Shown: positions 36,801-45,216, counted from the first letter of the stretch. The stretch: DNA of 64,000 nt from an uncultured Gammaproteobacteria bacterium (GCA_964416505.1 CAYQEJ010000006.1:13827-77826); one strand, 5' to 3'. Made by a program: numbers and translations. Notes: generated by a model not told the origin, from the letters alone.

Positions 36801-36977
36801 ATCTATTATGGGGTCATAACTATCATCATAAAGATATTCCCCTATTGAACAACTAGAGCCTTCCGTGCATTTTTGATAGCCTGCAGTTGCGGCATAAACA
36901 ACATTTTTTGAAATAAATACAGAAAAACAGATAAAAACTATTAAAAATACAGTTTTTATCTTAATATGAGACAGCAT
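33846..36977 (-). CDS. large (1043 aa) tandem-repeat surface protein with C-terminal TM pair and SH3b domain
   Basis: Signal peptide, N-terminal beta-rich domain, about 2.3 copies of a ~170-aa Ser/Thr-rich repeat each with a Cys pair (ADSCVTSTVFGGIKCIRDKWGS / ADTCLDSTIFGQVNCIKGKWGS). Two TM helices, then a bacterial SH3-like domain (PSAVNLRSGPSTSTKILKSI...GWVQVEIE...KGWVNDQYI). Confidence 0.75.
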   Translation of the reverse strand: MLSHIKIKTVFLIVFICFSVFISKNVVYAATAGYQKCTEGSSCSIGEYLYDDSYDPIIDATCTLTARYPDGSLFLNSQSMTSAAQNDGWYYYAFNTSGMTLGTYRSQITCTTNGQTLRLDKTFTIEENIPDQVWDATASAHTNNGSFGEKLQNSIPAVADIWNYPSRTLSSFGTLISDIWSYSARSLTTFGTLVTDIWSSATRTLTGASLDNGESLATKTDVNNATSSATTSIKGSGNKDLTQINSGLVTAQNSLNSIEAKVDTLDTNIDSIFSDTTDILSKWGSYSMSDVIGYVDDLESSLGTSADSCVTSTVFGGIKCIRDKWGSQTADTLYAAANNAATYSASLRSELDYGGKSSTAYQDIQAIKTYAQTLNTNIGSSGDNSAASTVFGKIQATREDISSSTTSIKGPDNKSLSQVSTDVAGVQSSVDAIGTTVDSVNTTVDSIDSKADSILAKWGSYTISDLMTAINNLDVASLGDSADTCLDSTIFGQVNCIKGKWGSRTADDIYNSAITTEANLNSLRSELNYNGKSTTAYQDLQSIISEISSMQTKIGTSSDTSSDATLYGRLKLNKETIQDLDTSGAGLSDVLAKWDSYTASDIIDAVNSISSDVSSSNSISGVSDILTLSKANASDLQSLKNSVLALQALTQANKTLLENGTKSPIIQTWLEEGSIIFKTLITNPTSIRQTVPVKFYLPKEATDKDVIKKDDDLTIEYDASEDAYYASGQVVLSPNQTKIYSVEVEDIWKISDEEIDSLRIQAKEIYGPLKGTTYFGQGATLYADVIASLDSASRIQKEANTPEQRIKAYRDAKTQVDKAKAEIDDLKTLATSASSANSLFGFVGGVQTFAVWGIVIILLAGFVFMAFYMRALAGHGRKDNDSKKFYKNYFQPLADLIDELDKRVTKKILIIMFLIILVLISIIFVFFISKKITHELRNDLPREKTIETKENKKTRGEDDEVNIEDSKSVLGVKSEIQNIEIIATPSAVNLRSGPSTSTKILKSITANLKAKKINESPGWVQVEIETDDKLIKGWVNDQYIISN
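35180..36320 (-). repeat. diverged in-frame tandem coding repeats (~510 nt unit) within the 1043-aa surface protein gene
   Basis: The protein-level repeats map to roughly these coordinates. Nucleotide identity looks only moderate by eye. Repeat boundaries are approximate. Confidence 0.45.
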
Positions 36978-37153
36978 TATTTATTTTTACTTTCTTTTTT
37001 ACCTCCTTCGCTTTCTCCTCTAAAAGCCCCTAAAACTTCCTTCACAGCTTCAGATAAACCCTTAGCGAATTCTGGTAATTTTTTAGGACCAAATATTATT
37101 AAAAGAACAACAGCGATGATAATTATTTCTGTTTTACCTATTCCATCAAACAT
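36977..37153 (-). CDS. tatA: twin-arginine translocase subunit TatA/E (58 aa, below the ORF-track size cutoff)
   Basis: Manual translation gives MFDGIGKTEIIIIAVVLLIIFGPKKLPEFAKGLSEAVKEVLGAFRGESEGGKKESKNK. The FGPKKLPE hinge motif is typical of TatA. Its stop overlaps the ATG of the downstream surface-protein gene (TAATG). Confidence 0.7.
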   Translation of the reverse strand: MFDGIGKTEIIIIAVVLLIIFGPKKLPEFAKGLSEAVKEVLGAFRGESEGGKKESKNK

Positions 37154-37179
37154 GATTAAACACCTCCCTTCGAGAGCAA

Positions 37180-37899
37180 TTAACGTCTATTTAATAGTAG
37201 ACCAAATTCAAACAAAAAGAAAAGTGGCAAACTAAGCAAAATTAACGAAACAATATCTGTTGGTGGAAGCAAAACAGCAACAATTAGGAGTAAAAAATAA
37301 ATATACTTACGTCTTCTAATAAGCTCATTTCTTTTTATTATATTAAGTCTTATTAAAGCTGAGATTACAACTGGGATCTGGAAAATTAATCCTGTTAAGA
37401 AAGACGTGAATATTATTTGAGCAAAGAAGTTTTGAATATCCCAAAAACTATTAACTCTAACATCTTTCCATACTACTGAGTAAAAATTTATTATTAGCTG
37501 CATTACCCATATTCCAAAAGAGAAACCTAAAACAAAAAGCACAACAGAAAGAGGAGCAAATGTTAAAAGTAATTTAGCTTCATTTGGCTTAAGTGCTGGC
37601 CTAAAAAATACAAAGAAACGAAAAAAAGCCAAAGGCGCAGCAACAATAATTCCACAAAAAATACTTATAGTAAAACTAAGGCTAATATATTGATAAGGAG
37701 AGGTAGTAACAATACTTACCCCTTTGAAAGTATAAAGATTCAAAATAAAACTAAATATTTTCTGACTATTAAAAAACCCCAACACTGCTCCTACTAAAAA
37801 AATTAATCCCACAAAAATAAAACTTTTTCTAAGTTCGAATAGGTATGGCTTATACTTTAAATATAATTCGGAAAGCTGCTGTGATTGATCATCCATCAA
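37180..37899 (-). CDS. tatC: twin-arginine translocase subunit TatC
   Basis: Six predicted TM helices in a TatC-like arrangement (LRKSFIFVGLIFLVGAVLGFF...). 239 aa, upstream of tatA. Confidence 0.8.
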   Translation of the reverse strand: MMDDQSQQLSELYLKYKPYLFELRKSFIFVGLIFLVGAVLGFFNSQKIFSFILNLYTFKGVSIVTTSPYQYISLSFTISIFCGIIVAAPLAFFRFFVFFRPALKPNEAKLLLTFAPLSVVLFVLGFSFGIWVMQLIINFYSVVWKDVRVNSFWDIQNFFAQIIFTSFLTGLIFQIPVVISALIRLNIIKRNELIRRRKYIYFLLLIVAVLLPPTDIVSLILLSLPLFFLFEFGLLLNRR

Positions 37900-37957
37900 C
37901 TAATGTTAACATTCTTACCCTTGATCAAACAATAATTATGTCGATAGAATAGCTTAT

Positions 37958-38374
37958 ATGGGCGCCAAATTTGATCCAATTTTAGGAAAACTCAGAACAG
38001 AAGACTTAGGAATAACTGAAGGAAGTTTCGGAATAACAATTGATGGCGGAGGAAACGTAATCTCAACAGGCGTAAAGGGATACGTTACTATTCCATACAA
38101 CTGCACTATTACGGGATGGGATATATTTGCTGATCAAGTAGGATCCTGCGTAATTGATCTTTGGAAAGATACTTATGCAAATTTTTCTCCCAACATTTCT
38201 GATTCTATTACTGGTTCTGAAAAACCTACTTTAACCTCAGCGCAAAAAAATCAGGATAATTCACTATCTACCTGGACAACATCTATTAGCGCAGGGGACA
38301 TAATTGCATTTAATGTAGATAGTGCTACAACAGTAACTCGGGTAAATGTTATTATTAAAGTGAATAAAATTTGA
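37958..38374 (+). CDS. hypothetical protein (138 aa), first gene of a GC-rich cassette
   Basis: No signal peptide. Gly/Thr/Ser-rich, beta-type composition (GSFGITIDGGGNVISTGVKGYVTIPYNCTITGWDIF). Its stop overlaps the next start (ATGA at 38371). Confidence 0.5.
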   Translation: MGAKFDPILGKLRTEDLGITEGSFGITIDGGGNVISTGVKGYVTIPYNCTITGWDIFADQVGSCVIDLWKDTYANFSPNISDSITGSEKPTLTSAQKNQDNSLSTWTTSISAGDIIAFNVDSATTVTRVNVIIKVNKI

Positions 38375-40548
38375 ACATGGCAAAACTAGCAGTAAATATT
38401 AATTATGGAAGTTTATCTACCTATGTTTTTCCGGGTGGATATGACTCATCAAAACTAGGCTTAGGACCCTTAATGACCCAGAAAAATGCAGGCGGAGAAG
38501 GTAGCTATGCAGGTCCTTATCCAATCGCCCTGGCAAGACCTATGGAACAAAGCACTACAATTCCTGGAGTTTATCCCTGGGCAATGCAATGGTCTACTAC
38601 GATTGACTGGGTATTCCTGGCCGATAACGCCGCAGCAGCAGCAACTAGAAGAATTATACTTTATACATACAATCGCTCAACAAATGCTTTTTCATGGCAA
38701 GGATTTATAACTGTTGGATTCCCATTCGGAGGAACCCAAGGCACATACACAATAACTGGAATGAGAATGACATATGACACATACTCAACTGGAACTGCAA
38801 GTGCCTCAGGTACTGCCGTTACTGGTTCAACTACAGCTTGGCAAGCGGCCAGAATATCTGCTGGAGCGAGAATAGGGTTTGGTTCAACTGATCCAACCCA
38901 AATAACAACATGGTATGAAATATCAGCTATCGGCAGTGACACAGGTATTACACTTAGCACTTCTGCAGGAACAGTTAATTCCGGTTCGTATGTTATAGAA
39001 GAGCTGAGAGCCGTAATTCTTACAAAAAACGGTACCACTGCTACAAATGGAGGATTATTTATAGTTAAAGGGCTAAATTTTTCAACATTTAATACTGCTG
39101 GATCACCAACTATCGCAGCTGCTACCACAACCGATAATATACGAGCAACCTTTTGGGTTAAAGATGCAGCAACTTCTACAAACACAAACGGTACCGGGCT
39201 TGCTATTCAGACGAAAGACTCAAATACTCAACATTATGTCTGGGTACTACAAGGAACTACCACCATGCAGCTCTATAAATTTAATTTAAGGGCAGCATTA
39301 ACGCTCACCTCTGGTGCGGATACGGCTAATTCTTGGCAATTTTCCACTGGAGTTTCTGCGACGCTAACAGGAACTGCATCACAGGCCAATAATGGCAGAC
39401 TTGCTAACATGTCTTCCGGACCCGGTTCTGGCTTAAACTGCATCTACTTTACAACGACTACTAGAATATATCGATCTATTGATGTCTCAACGATTACCAC
39501 CGGAGTCACAAATTTTCTCGCAGATAATTCCGCTGAAATTCCGCCAGGAAGCGCAAGCTCCACTGCTGCAACATCTCTACTTAACAGCATCGAATATGCA
39601 ACATCATTGGATAAAATGATAGTTATGACTACAGGTGCTGCAGGTGTTAGGTCATATGTTACTCAATACAGAACTGATTCTGGACAATGGGATAGATTAT
39701 TCCTAATTGATAATAAACAAATTGATCAATCTTTAGCTGATTCTACGCTTACTCCTTTTCCTGCAATTCTAGCAAGAGCTTTTTCAGTTTGGTCAGAAGG
39801 CGGAGTAGCATATCTAGCAGGTATCGGCACAACTGCAGCAACTAATCTGCTATACGCTATCCCATTGGGGGCAGATTGGGAATACACTTCCACAACTAAT
39901 TGCAGATTGGTAACACCTGCTTTTAGCACACCAAACGTTAGCTCGTATGATAAAGTTTATACTAATTCCATAACAATTCTTGGTGGAGCAACTGGACAAG
40001 TTCTAGGTTTACCCCTTGAAGCTTTCGAAACTCATTATCGAACGACAGGCATATCTGACAATTCTGGAAGCTGGACCACGCTTGATGATACTGGCGACTT
40101 ATCCAGTATTCCACCAGCTACCGAAATCCAATTCGCATATGACTTCAGAACAATAGGAACGACTTGTATTCCTGCAAGACTTCTTAGCACTACTGTTACC
40201 TACAATGACCTTTCAACTGATTCGCATTTTCAGCCATCAGTAACAAACTCATCCGCAGCATCAAAAATATTTGCCTGGAGATTTTCAACAGAATTCGGCG
40301 GGACAGTTCCTGCGCTACGTATTCGTCTCTACAATGCCGTAACCAATGGAATTTTATTAGACGACAATACAACCGATCACTCTGAGGGAACATGGGAACA
40401 ATCAACTGATGGTGGATCAAATTGGACATCCTACACTACCGTGGGCAGTCCATTATCAGACAAGTCAAACGAAACAACATATATTCGCTATACTCCCACT
40501 TCTATTGCAGATAACATAAAAGTAAGGGCACTACTTACTCAAAATTAA
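38371..40548 (+). CDS. large Thr/Ser/Gly/Ala-rich hypothetical protein (725 aa), fibre/structural-like, no signal peptide
   Basis: About 45% GC versus about 25-30% in the flanks. Low-complexity, beta-rich composition with very few Cys and no TM helix. Resembles phage tail-fibre or surface-fibre proteins in composition only. Confidence 0.6.
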   Translation: MNMAKLAVNINYGSLSTYVFPGGYDSSKLGLGPLMTQKNAGGEGSYAGPYPIALARPMEQSTTIPGVYPWAMQWSTTIDWVFLADNAAAAATRRIILYTYNRSTNAFSWQGFITVGFPFGGTQGTYTITGMRMTYDTYSTGTASASGTAVTGSTTAWQAARISAGARIGFGSTDPTQITTWYEISAIGSDTGITLSTSAGTVNSGSYVIEELRAVILTKNGTTATNGGLFIVKGLNFSTFNTAGSPTIAAATTTDNIRATFWVKDAATSTNTNGTGLAIQTKDSNTQHYVWVLQGTTTMQLYKFNLRAALTLTSGADTANSWQFSTGVSATLTGTASQANNGRLANMSSGPGSGLNCIYFTTTTRIYRSIDVSTITTGVTNFLADNSAEIPPGSASSTAATSLLNSIEYATSLDKMIVMTTGAAGVRSYVTQYRTDSGQWDRLFLIDNKQIDQSLADSTLTPFPAILARAFSVWSEGGVAYLAGIGTTAATNLLYAIPLGADWEYTSTTNCRLVTPAFSTPNVSSYDKVYTNSITILGGATGQVLGLPLEAFETHYRTTGISDNSGSWTTLDDTGDLSSIPPATEIQFAYDFRTIGTTCIPARLLSTTVTYNDLSTDSHFQPSVTNSSAASKIFAWRFSTEFGGTVPALRIRLYNAVTNGILLDDNTTDHSEGTWEQSTDGGSNWTSYTTVGSPLSDKSNETTYIRYTPTSIADNIKVRALLTQN

Positions 40549-40549
40549 T

Positions 40550-40735
40550 ATGGCACTTACTGACATTTTATTTCCAGATGGAGACTCGCAAAACTTCATT
40601 CAGACAATGAACCGAGGAAATATTGGAACTATTAATGATTATCTTACAGAAGCTGATTCGAATTCAGGAATACTCGTTGGAGAATGGACATCAACTACTA
40701 CTGCCGAAACCACTGCTTATACTTGGGTCAGTTAA
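40550..40735 (+). CDS. small hypothetical protein (61 aa), third gene of the cassette
   Basis: Starts 2 nt after the 725-aa gene. Thr-rich tail (EWTSTTTAETTAYTWVS). Confidence 0.35.
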   Translation: MALTDILFPDGDSQNFIQTMNRGNIGTINDYLTEADSNSGILVGEWTSTTTAETTAYTWVS

Positions 40736-41566
40736 CTAAAAAGTTGAGCTAAAACTTGCATAACTTTCCGATGCACGATTACTCCAATCATATCCACTTG
40801 CCCCTTTTGCATATAAAAACGATCCATCCCCAACCTCTTTAACCATATACCAAGCCCCATCTTTATTTACAAACCCATAATAAAAAGGTGCAGATGCGGT
40901 ATCAGTATTTGCGATTGCATATCCATCAGTAGGAGATTTTATAGCTGGATCTATCAAATCTCCATTTGAATCCTTAACCCCTACTATTCCAGGACCAGGG
41001 ACACTTCCGAAAAATGCAGCTCCTGCTTTTTGTGGATTTATAAGCATAGTTACAAATACGCCCAATCCAGCACCTGCTAATAATTTAAAGAAATGTCTTT
41101 TATCAATTTCCTTAATTCCTCCATATCTCTGAAGCACTAATACATCATCTGTTTTAAAATCAAAAATGTTTTCCTCAAATGAGTAAATTTTATTATTTTT
41201 ATTTATTTTTTTAAATTTAATTCTCTTAAATATTGCGCTAAGCTGATGAAGCTCTAGTGGAAAAAGAATCACAGTAAAAAATATCTCCCTAAACTCCTTT
41301 ATATTCATAATTGATGAGATAAAAAGTAAATTTACAAATATAAAGCTATAGACTGCTAGAAAAATAGAGATTTTATTTTTATGATTTTCTAAAAAACCTG
41401 GAAATCTTTTAAAAACAGACTCATAAAAATAAAATATAACCGGAATAAGACTAAATACAAAAACACTTGAAGTTAAATTTTCTGAATTTTTAAACCCGAA
41501 AAAAAACAATGAAAATACAAGAATAAGGTTATATATTAAAATGAGTTTTAAAATAATTTTCTTCAT
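40736..41566 (-). CDS. membrane protein with C-terminal extracellular domain
   Basis: Four to five N-terminal TM helices, then a soluble Gly/Tyr/Asp-rich domain (FFGSVPGPGIVGVKDSNGDLIDPAIKSPTDGYAIANTDTASAPFYYGF). Start overlaps the upstream gene stop (ATGA). Confidence 0.5.
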   Translation of the reverse strand: MKKIILKLILIYNLILVFSLFFFGFKNSENLTSSVFVFSLIPVIFYFYESVFKRFPGFLENHKNKISIFLAVYSFIFVNLLFISSIMNIKEFREIFFTVILFPLELHQLSAIFKRIKFKKINKNNKIYSFEENIFDFKTDDVLVLQRYGGIKEIDKRHFFKLLAGAGLGVFVTMLINPQKAGAAFFGSVPGPGIVGVKDSNGDLIDPAIKSPTDGYAIANTDTASAPFYYGFVNKDGAWYMVKEVGDGSFLYAKGASGYDWSNRASESYASFSSTF

Positions 41567-42186
41567 TTTATTGATCTAGTATTTTTTTCATTTATCCAAC
41601 CCCAATCTGAATCCACAGAAACCTTATACCAGCCTGAAGAGTATTGATAATATTCCAATATTTCCCCCACATTTTTTTTGCCGACAATTTGAGAAATAGT
41701 AGTAGCATCTTTATAAATGTCTATGCTTTTTCTAGATGGATCATAAACTTCAATCTTTCCTTTTGAAGTCAAAATGCCTGTAGGATTTGGGCTAATCAAT
41801 TGATTGTTAGTTACGTTCTCACTATTTTGATTTACATCAGAACTTTTCGAAGAATAAGTCGATACACCAAGTGTCGAATAATCTGGATTTTCGGAAGTAA
41901 TAATATTATCTACTCTGGAATTAAGTCTTCTTATATTTTCCCTATCTCTTTCTGCCATTTTTTTCGCCTGAACCCCAGACTCTCGAAGCACAGAAAGCTC
42001 CATTTCATGTCTTATTTTTTCCTCCTGAAGAGAATTTATTTTTAGAAAACTCGTTGTAAGAATAAAAACCAAGAAGATAACTATAATTAAAAAGGCCCCC
42101 AATTTCTTTTTGTCATTAGTTAAATTTTGGAATGAGAAATCTATTTTTTTCCACGTCATTAAATTGGGCAAATTAAAGTCCGACAT
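41563..42186 (-). CDS. membrane-anchored coiled-coil protein with C-terminal SH3b domain
   Basis: N-terminal TM (LGAFLIIVIFLVFILTTSFL), a coiled-coil segment and a C-terminal SH3-like domain (KDATTISQIVGKKNVGEILEYYQYSSGWYKVSVDSDWGWINE). Confidence 0.55.
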   Translation of the reverse strand: MSDFNLPNLMTWKKIDFSFQNLTNDKKKLGAFLIIVIFLVFILTTSFLKINSLQEEKIRHEMELSVLRESGVQAKKMAERDRENIRRLNSRVDNIITSENPDYSTLGVSTYSSKSSDVNQNSENVTNNQLISPNPTGILTSKGKIEVYDPSRKSIDIYKDATTISQIVGKKNVGEILEYYQYSSGWYKVSVDSDWGWINEKNTRSIK

Positions 42187-42248
42187 TAACCCATTTTATG
42201 CATATTTAAAGTATTTAAGCAATTATGGGGATTGAGAATAGAAGATGT

Positions 42249-43283
42249 TTATAATATTTTTCCAAATCCGGGTTCTACCAAAAATCTATTGTTTTCAAAG
42301 ATCAAATTTTTCCTTATCCAAACTTTTTTGACTCGTCCTTTTAATTTCCATCCCTCAAATGGAGACCATTTACATTTCGTTTGCAAATCCAAGCCTCGCA
42401 CAATCCACTCATCATTCTCATCAACCTCAATTTCAGCGTCCTGATTTATTCCAAAAATTTCTGAAGGCGCATCATGACAAAGTCTTTTAACATCTTCTAT
42501 TGAAATCAAATTTTTATCTACTGCTGTTAAAAGTAAACCTAACGTGGTTTCTAAATTAGGAACTCCAAATGGAGGATTTTCAGAATCTTTTTCCTCTTTC
42601 ATGTGTGGTGCATGATCTGACTCGATCAAATCAATATGCTTTAAATTTTTAAAAGCAAACTCTCCGAAACCATCATAAACCGGAGGCTTCATCATTCCAT
42701 AGGATTTCAAACTCTTAACATCTTTTTCAGTTAAAAATAAATGGTGAGGAGTAACACCGCAAGTGATCGGTAGCCCTAATTTTTTAACGTTAATTATCTT
42801 TTCTAATTCTCCCTGTGAACTAACATGACAAACATGTGTTCTTTTTTTTGTTTCCTTACAAACCTTAATAACTAGGTCAATCACATCTTCCTCTGCATGA
42901 ACTAAAATTGGCTTATCGATATTCCATGCATCATAAATTTTTAATAATTTCTTTTGATCAATTATGAATCCTCCTGTCGTTTGATTTAGATAAATCTTCA
43001 AACCCAAAACTTTTCCATCTACTTTTTCAAATTCTTCTAAATTATCTCCTAATGACCCAAAATGAAATCCAATATCAGAAACTATTTGATTTTGTGCGAT
43101 TTCAATTTTGCGATTCAAACGCGCTAAAGAAGTTATTGGCTCTAAATTATTTGGCATGTCTATTATAAAAGTAAAACCTCCGGAAATTGCTGCTTTAGTT
43201 CCCGTAAAAAAATCTTCTTTATACTCCTGTCCGGGAGTTCTTAAATGGACATGCGGATCAATAAGCCCAGGAAGTTTTATCAT
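42249..43283 (-). CDS. pyrC: dihydroorotase-like cyclic amidohydrolase
   Basis: GLIDPHVHLRTPGQEYKEDFFTGTKAAISGGFTFIIDMPNN is typical of class I dihydroorotase/allantoinase. Downstream His/Asp ligands (VHAEED, HVCHVSS, DHAPH). Confidence 0.75.
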   Translation of the reverse strand: MIKLPGLIDPHVHLRTPGQEYKEDFFTGTKAAISGGFTFIIDMPNNLEPITSLARLNRKIEIAQNQIVSDIGFHFGSLGDNLEEFEKVDGKVLGLKIYLNQTTGGFIIDQKKLLKIYDAWNIDKPILVHAEEDVIDLVIKVCKETKKRTHVCHVSSQGELEKIINVKKLGLPITCGVTPHHLFLTEKDVKSLKSYGMMKPPVYDGFGEFAFKNLKHIDLIESDHAPHMKEEKDSENPPFGVPNLETTLGLLLTAVDKNLISIEDVKRLCHDAPSEIFGINQDAEIEVDENDEWIVRGLDLQTKCKWSPFEGWKLKGRVKKVWIRKNLIFENNRFLVEPGFGKIL

Positions 43284-43828
43284 CCCAAATATTTATTTAT
43301 ATAATCAATTGCTTCCTGAGGTGTCTTGGCAAAATAGACAAATTCATCTAATTTTATTTTTAAATTTGATTTTAAAAATCCCTCGTCCCTCATTCTATCA
43401 ATCTGAATCTTCAAGCCTTCATAGAAATTATCTGTATTAAGAATTATAACTGGCTTATTATGATGCCCTGTTTTTCGAAGCTCTATAATATCTGTTATCT
43501 CATCAAGCGTACCAATTCCACCCACCAAAGCAATAATAGCGTCAGATTTTTCAAGCATTGCAGCTTTTCGCTCACCCAAAGATTTAGCGATTATCATTTC
43601 ATCAGCATCTTTCCTAGCTAAATGATGAAAAACCTCCATGGAAACTCCGTAAATTTTCCCGCCTCCATTTTTTACCTCATCGGCAACCACTTTCATAATT
43701 CCAATATCTGTTCCGCCCCATACAAGATGATAACCGTTCTTCACCATAAGACGCGCAAACTGCCTGGCATCTTTTTTATATTTTTCGTCCACATCTTGAG
43801 CTGAGCAAAAAACAGCAATATTTTTCAT
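43280..43828 (-). CDS. LOG-family nucleotide 5'-monophosphate nucleosidase (TIGR00730-like)
   Basis: VFCSAQ...GYHLVWGGTDIGIMKVVAD...IALVGGIGTLDE. The GGxGTxxE and PGGxGT-like motifs are typical of LOG/YgdH proteins. Confidence 0.8.
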   Translation of the reverse strand: MKNIAVFCSAQDVDEKYKKDARQFARLMVKNGYHLVWGGTDIGIMKVVADEVKNGGGKIYGVSMEVFHHLARKDADEMIIAKSLGERKAAMLEKSDAIIALVGGIGTLDEITDIIELRKTGHHNKPVIILNTDNFYEGLKIQIDRMRDEGFLKSNLKIKLDEFVYFAKTPQEAIDYINKYLG

Positions 43829-43851
43829 GAAGAGATTATAACAGAATTAAA

Positions 43852-45162
43852 TTAGGCTTCGAATGGGATAAACACTGGAGCTTCAGCAACTAATCCGCTT
43901 TGTTCCGCTGCCTGAATTGCTGACTCGATATTTCTCGCTTGAATAGGTCTAAAGGTAACAATATCAGGCGTATACACAACGCCATCTATTTCTCTTCCGT
44001 ATTTTCTTTGCTGCTCAATATCGCCAATATTTAATCCATGGTCTCCATAAAGAGTATACTGGGGACCTGCTGTTCCTGGCATATCTTTTATCCAAGATCT
44101 TAAATAACCTTCTCTTTCTACATCCCCTGGATCCATAGGCATAGCATTTCCTAAAAGAGTAGGTAATTCATCAGGCCCTTTCTCTAAATTAATCGCAGCT
44201 CTTCTTATGTCGCTTAGAACTGCTGCCGTTGTCGCATCTCTACCTGCACCTCTACCAGTATGCATTTGACGTCCTGCTAATTCCCAATCAAACATTACTC
44301 CGTTAAATACGCCATTTACTGCTGCAAGCGGATTATCGCGGCTTATAAGTGCTGGCGTTACTCTTGCCTCAAAAAGACCATCATCTCTTCTTTTTGCAAT
44401 TGCTAAAAGTTTTATGTCATGATTCGGTCCCCCCTCTTCTTTGGAATAATGACGGGCAAATCTGAAATCTTCTGCGCTAATATCCGTAATACCTCTTCTA
44501 TCTATATTTTCTGGATCAACTATAGAATTAAATCCGAGCATAAAAAGAATTGCCAGCTTATATGCTGCATCCATTCCCTCTATGTCTGATGTGGGATCTG
44601 CTTCAGCATACCTGGCAGCTTGAGCTTCCGCTAAGGCATCACCAAAACTCATTCCTTCATCTCTCATCCTAGTTAAAATATGATTTGTGGTTCCATTAAC
44701 AATACCTACAATCGCACTAAGTCTATCCACCCTAGTTCTGTCACGTAAATAAGAAACTACATCAATTCCTCCCCCAACTGTTCCTTCAAATTGAAAATCT
44801 ACCTCTTCTTCCCTAGCCACAGAAAACAAATCCTCAGGATATGTCGCCACTGGACCTTTAGCTGGAGTAACCACGCTCATTCCTTCATGCATCGCATCAA
44901 TCATAAAATTTCTTGAACCTTCAGGATGGACACCACCTGGCGTTTCAACTATTATCTGAATATTTGGATCATGCAGAAGCTGTCTAGAAGTTGTATAGTG
45001 AGGCCCCTGAAATTCTCTTTTAGGGTTTAACGGATTTTGGACAGCCACTCCTCTAAGCTCAAGCCCCCATTCGGGACCATGCTTCATAAGCTCTCGGATT
45101 ACTCCTCCGCCTACAGTTCCTGCTCCTCTAACCCCTACTCCAATTCTTTGTCTTTCAGCCAT
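43852..45162 (-). CDS. hom: homoserine dehydrogenase, GC-rich (~50% GC), C-terminal ACT region replaced
   Basis: NAD-binding N-terminus (IGVGVRGAGTVGGGV), GIVNGTTNHIL and YAEADPTSDIEGMDAAYKLAIL catalytic-domain motifs. The C-terminal ~100 aa do not look like an ACT domain. Confidence 0.85.
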   Translation of the reverse strand: MAERQRIGVGVRGAGTVGGGVIRELMKHGPEWGLELRGVAVQNPLNPKREFQGPHYTTSRQLLHDPNIQIIVETPGGVHPEGSRNFMIDAMHEGMSVVTPAKGPVATYPEDLFSVAREEEVDFQFEGTVGGGIDVVSYLRDRTRVDRLSAIVGIVNGTTNHILTRMRDEGMSFGDALAEAQAARYAEADPTSDIEGMDAAYKLAILFMLGFNSIVDPENIDRRGITDISAEDFRFARHYSKEEGGPNHDIKLLAIAKRRDDGLFEARVTPALISRDNPLAAVNGVFNGVMFDWELAGRQMHTGRGAGRDATTAAVLSDIRRAAINLEKGPDELPTLLGNAMPMDPGDVEREGYLRSWIKDMPGTAGPQYTLYGDHGLNIGDIEQQRKYGREIDGVVYTPDIVTFRPIQARNIESAIQAAEQSGLVAEAPVFIPFEA

Positions 45163-45216
45163 ATTGAGAGCAGGAGCTGATTATATAATTACCGCAATCC
45201 AAACTGCAAGGGGAGA

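Noticed and set aside
38661-39185. 174-aa minus-strand ORF inside the 725-aa gene
   Set aside because: It is antisense to a long, compositionally coherent ORF. Its Val/Ala/Pro-rich translation is the usual mirror of a Thr/Ala/Gly-rich gene.
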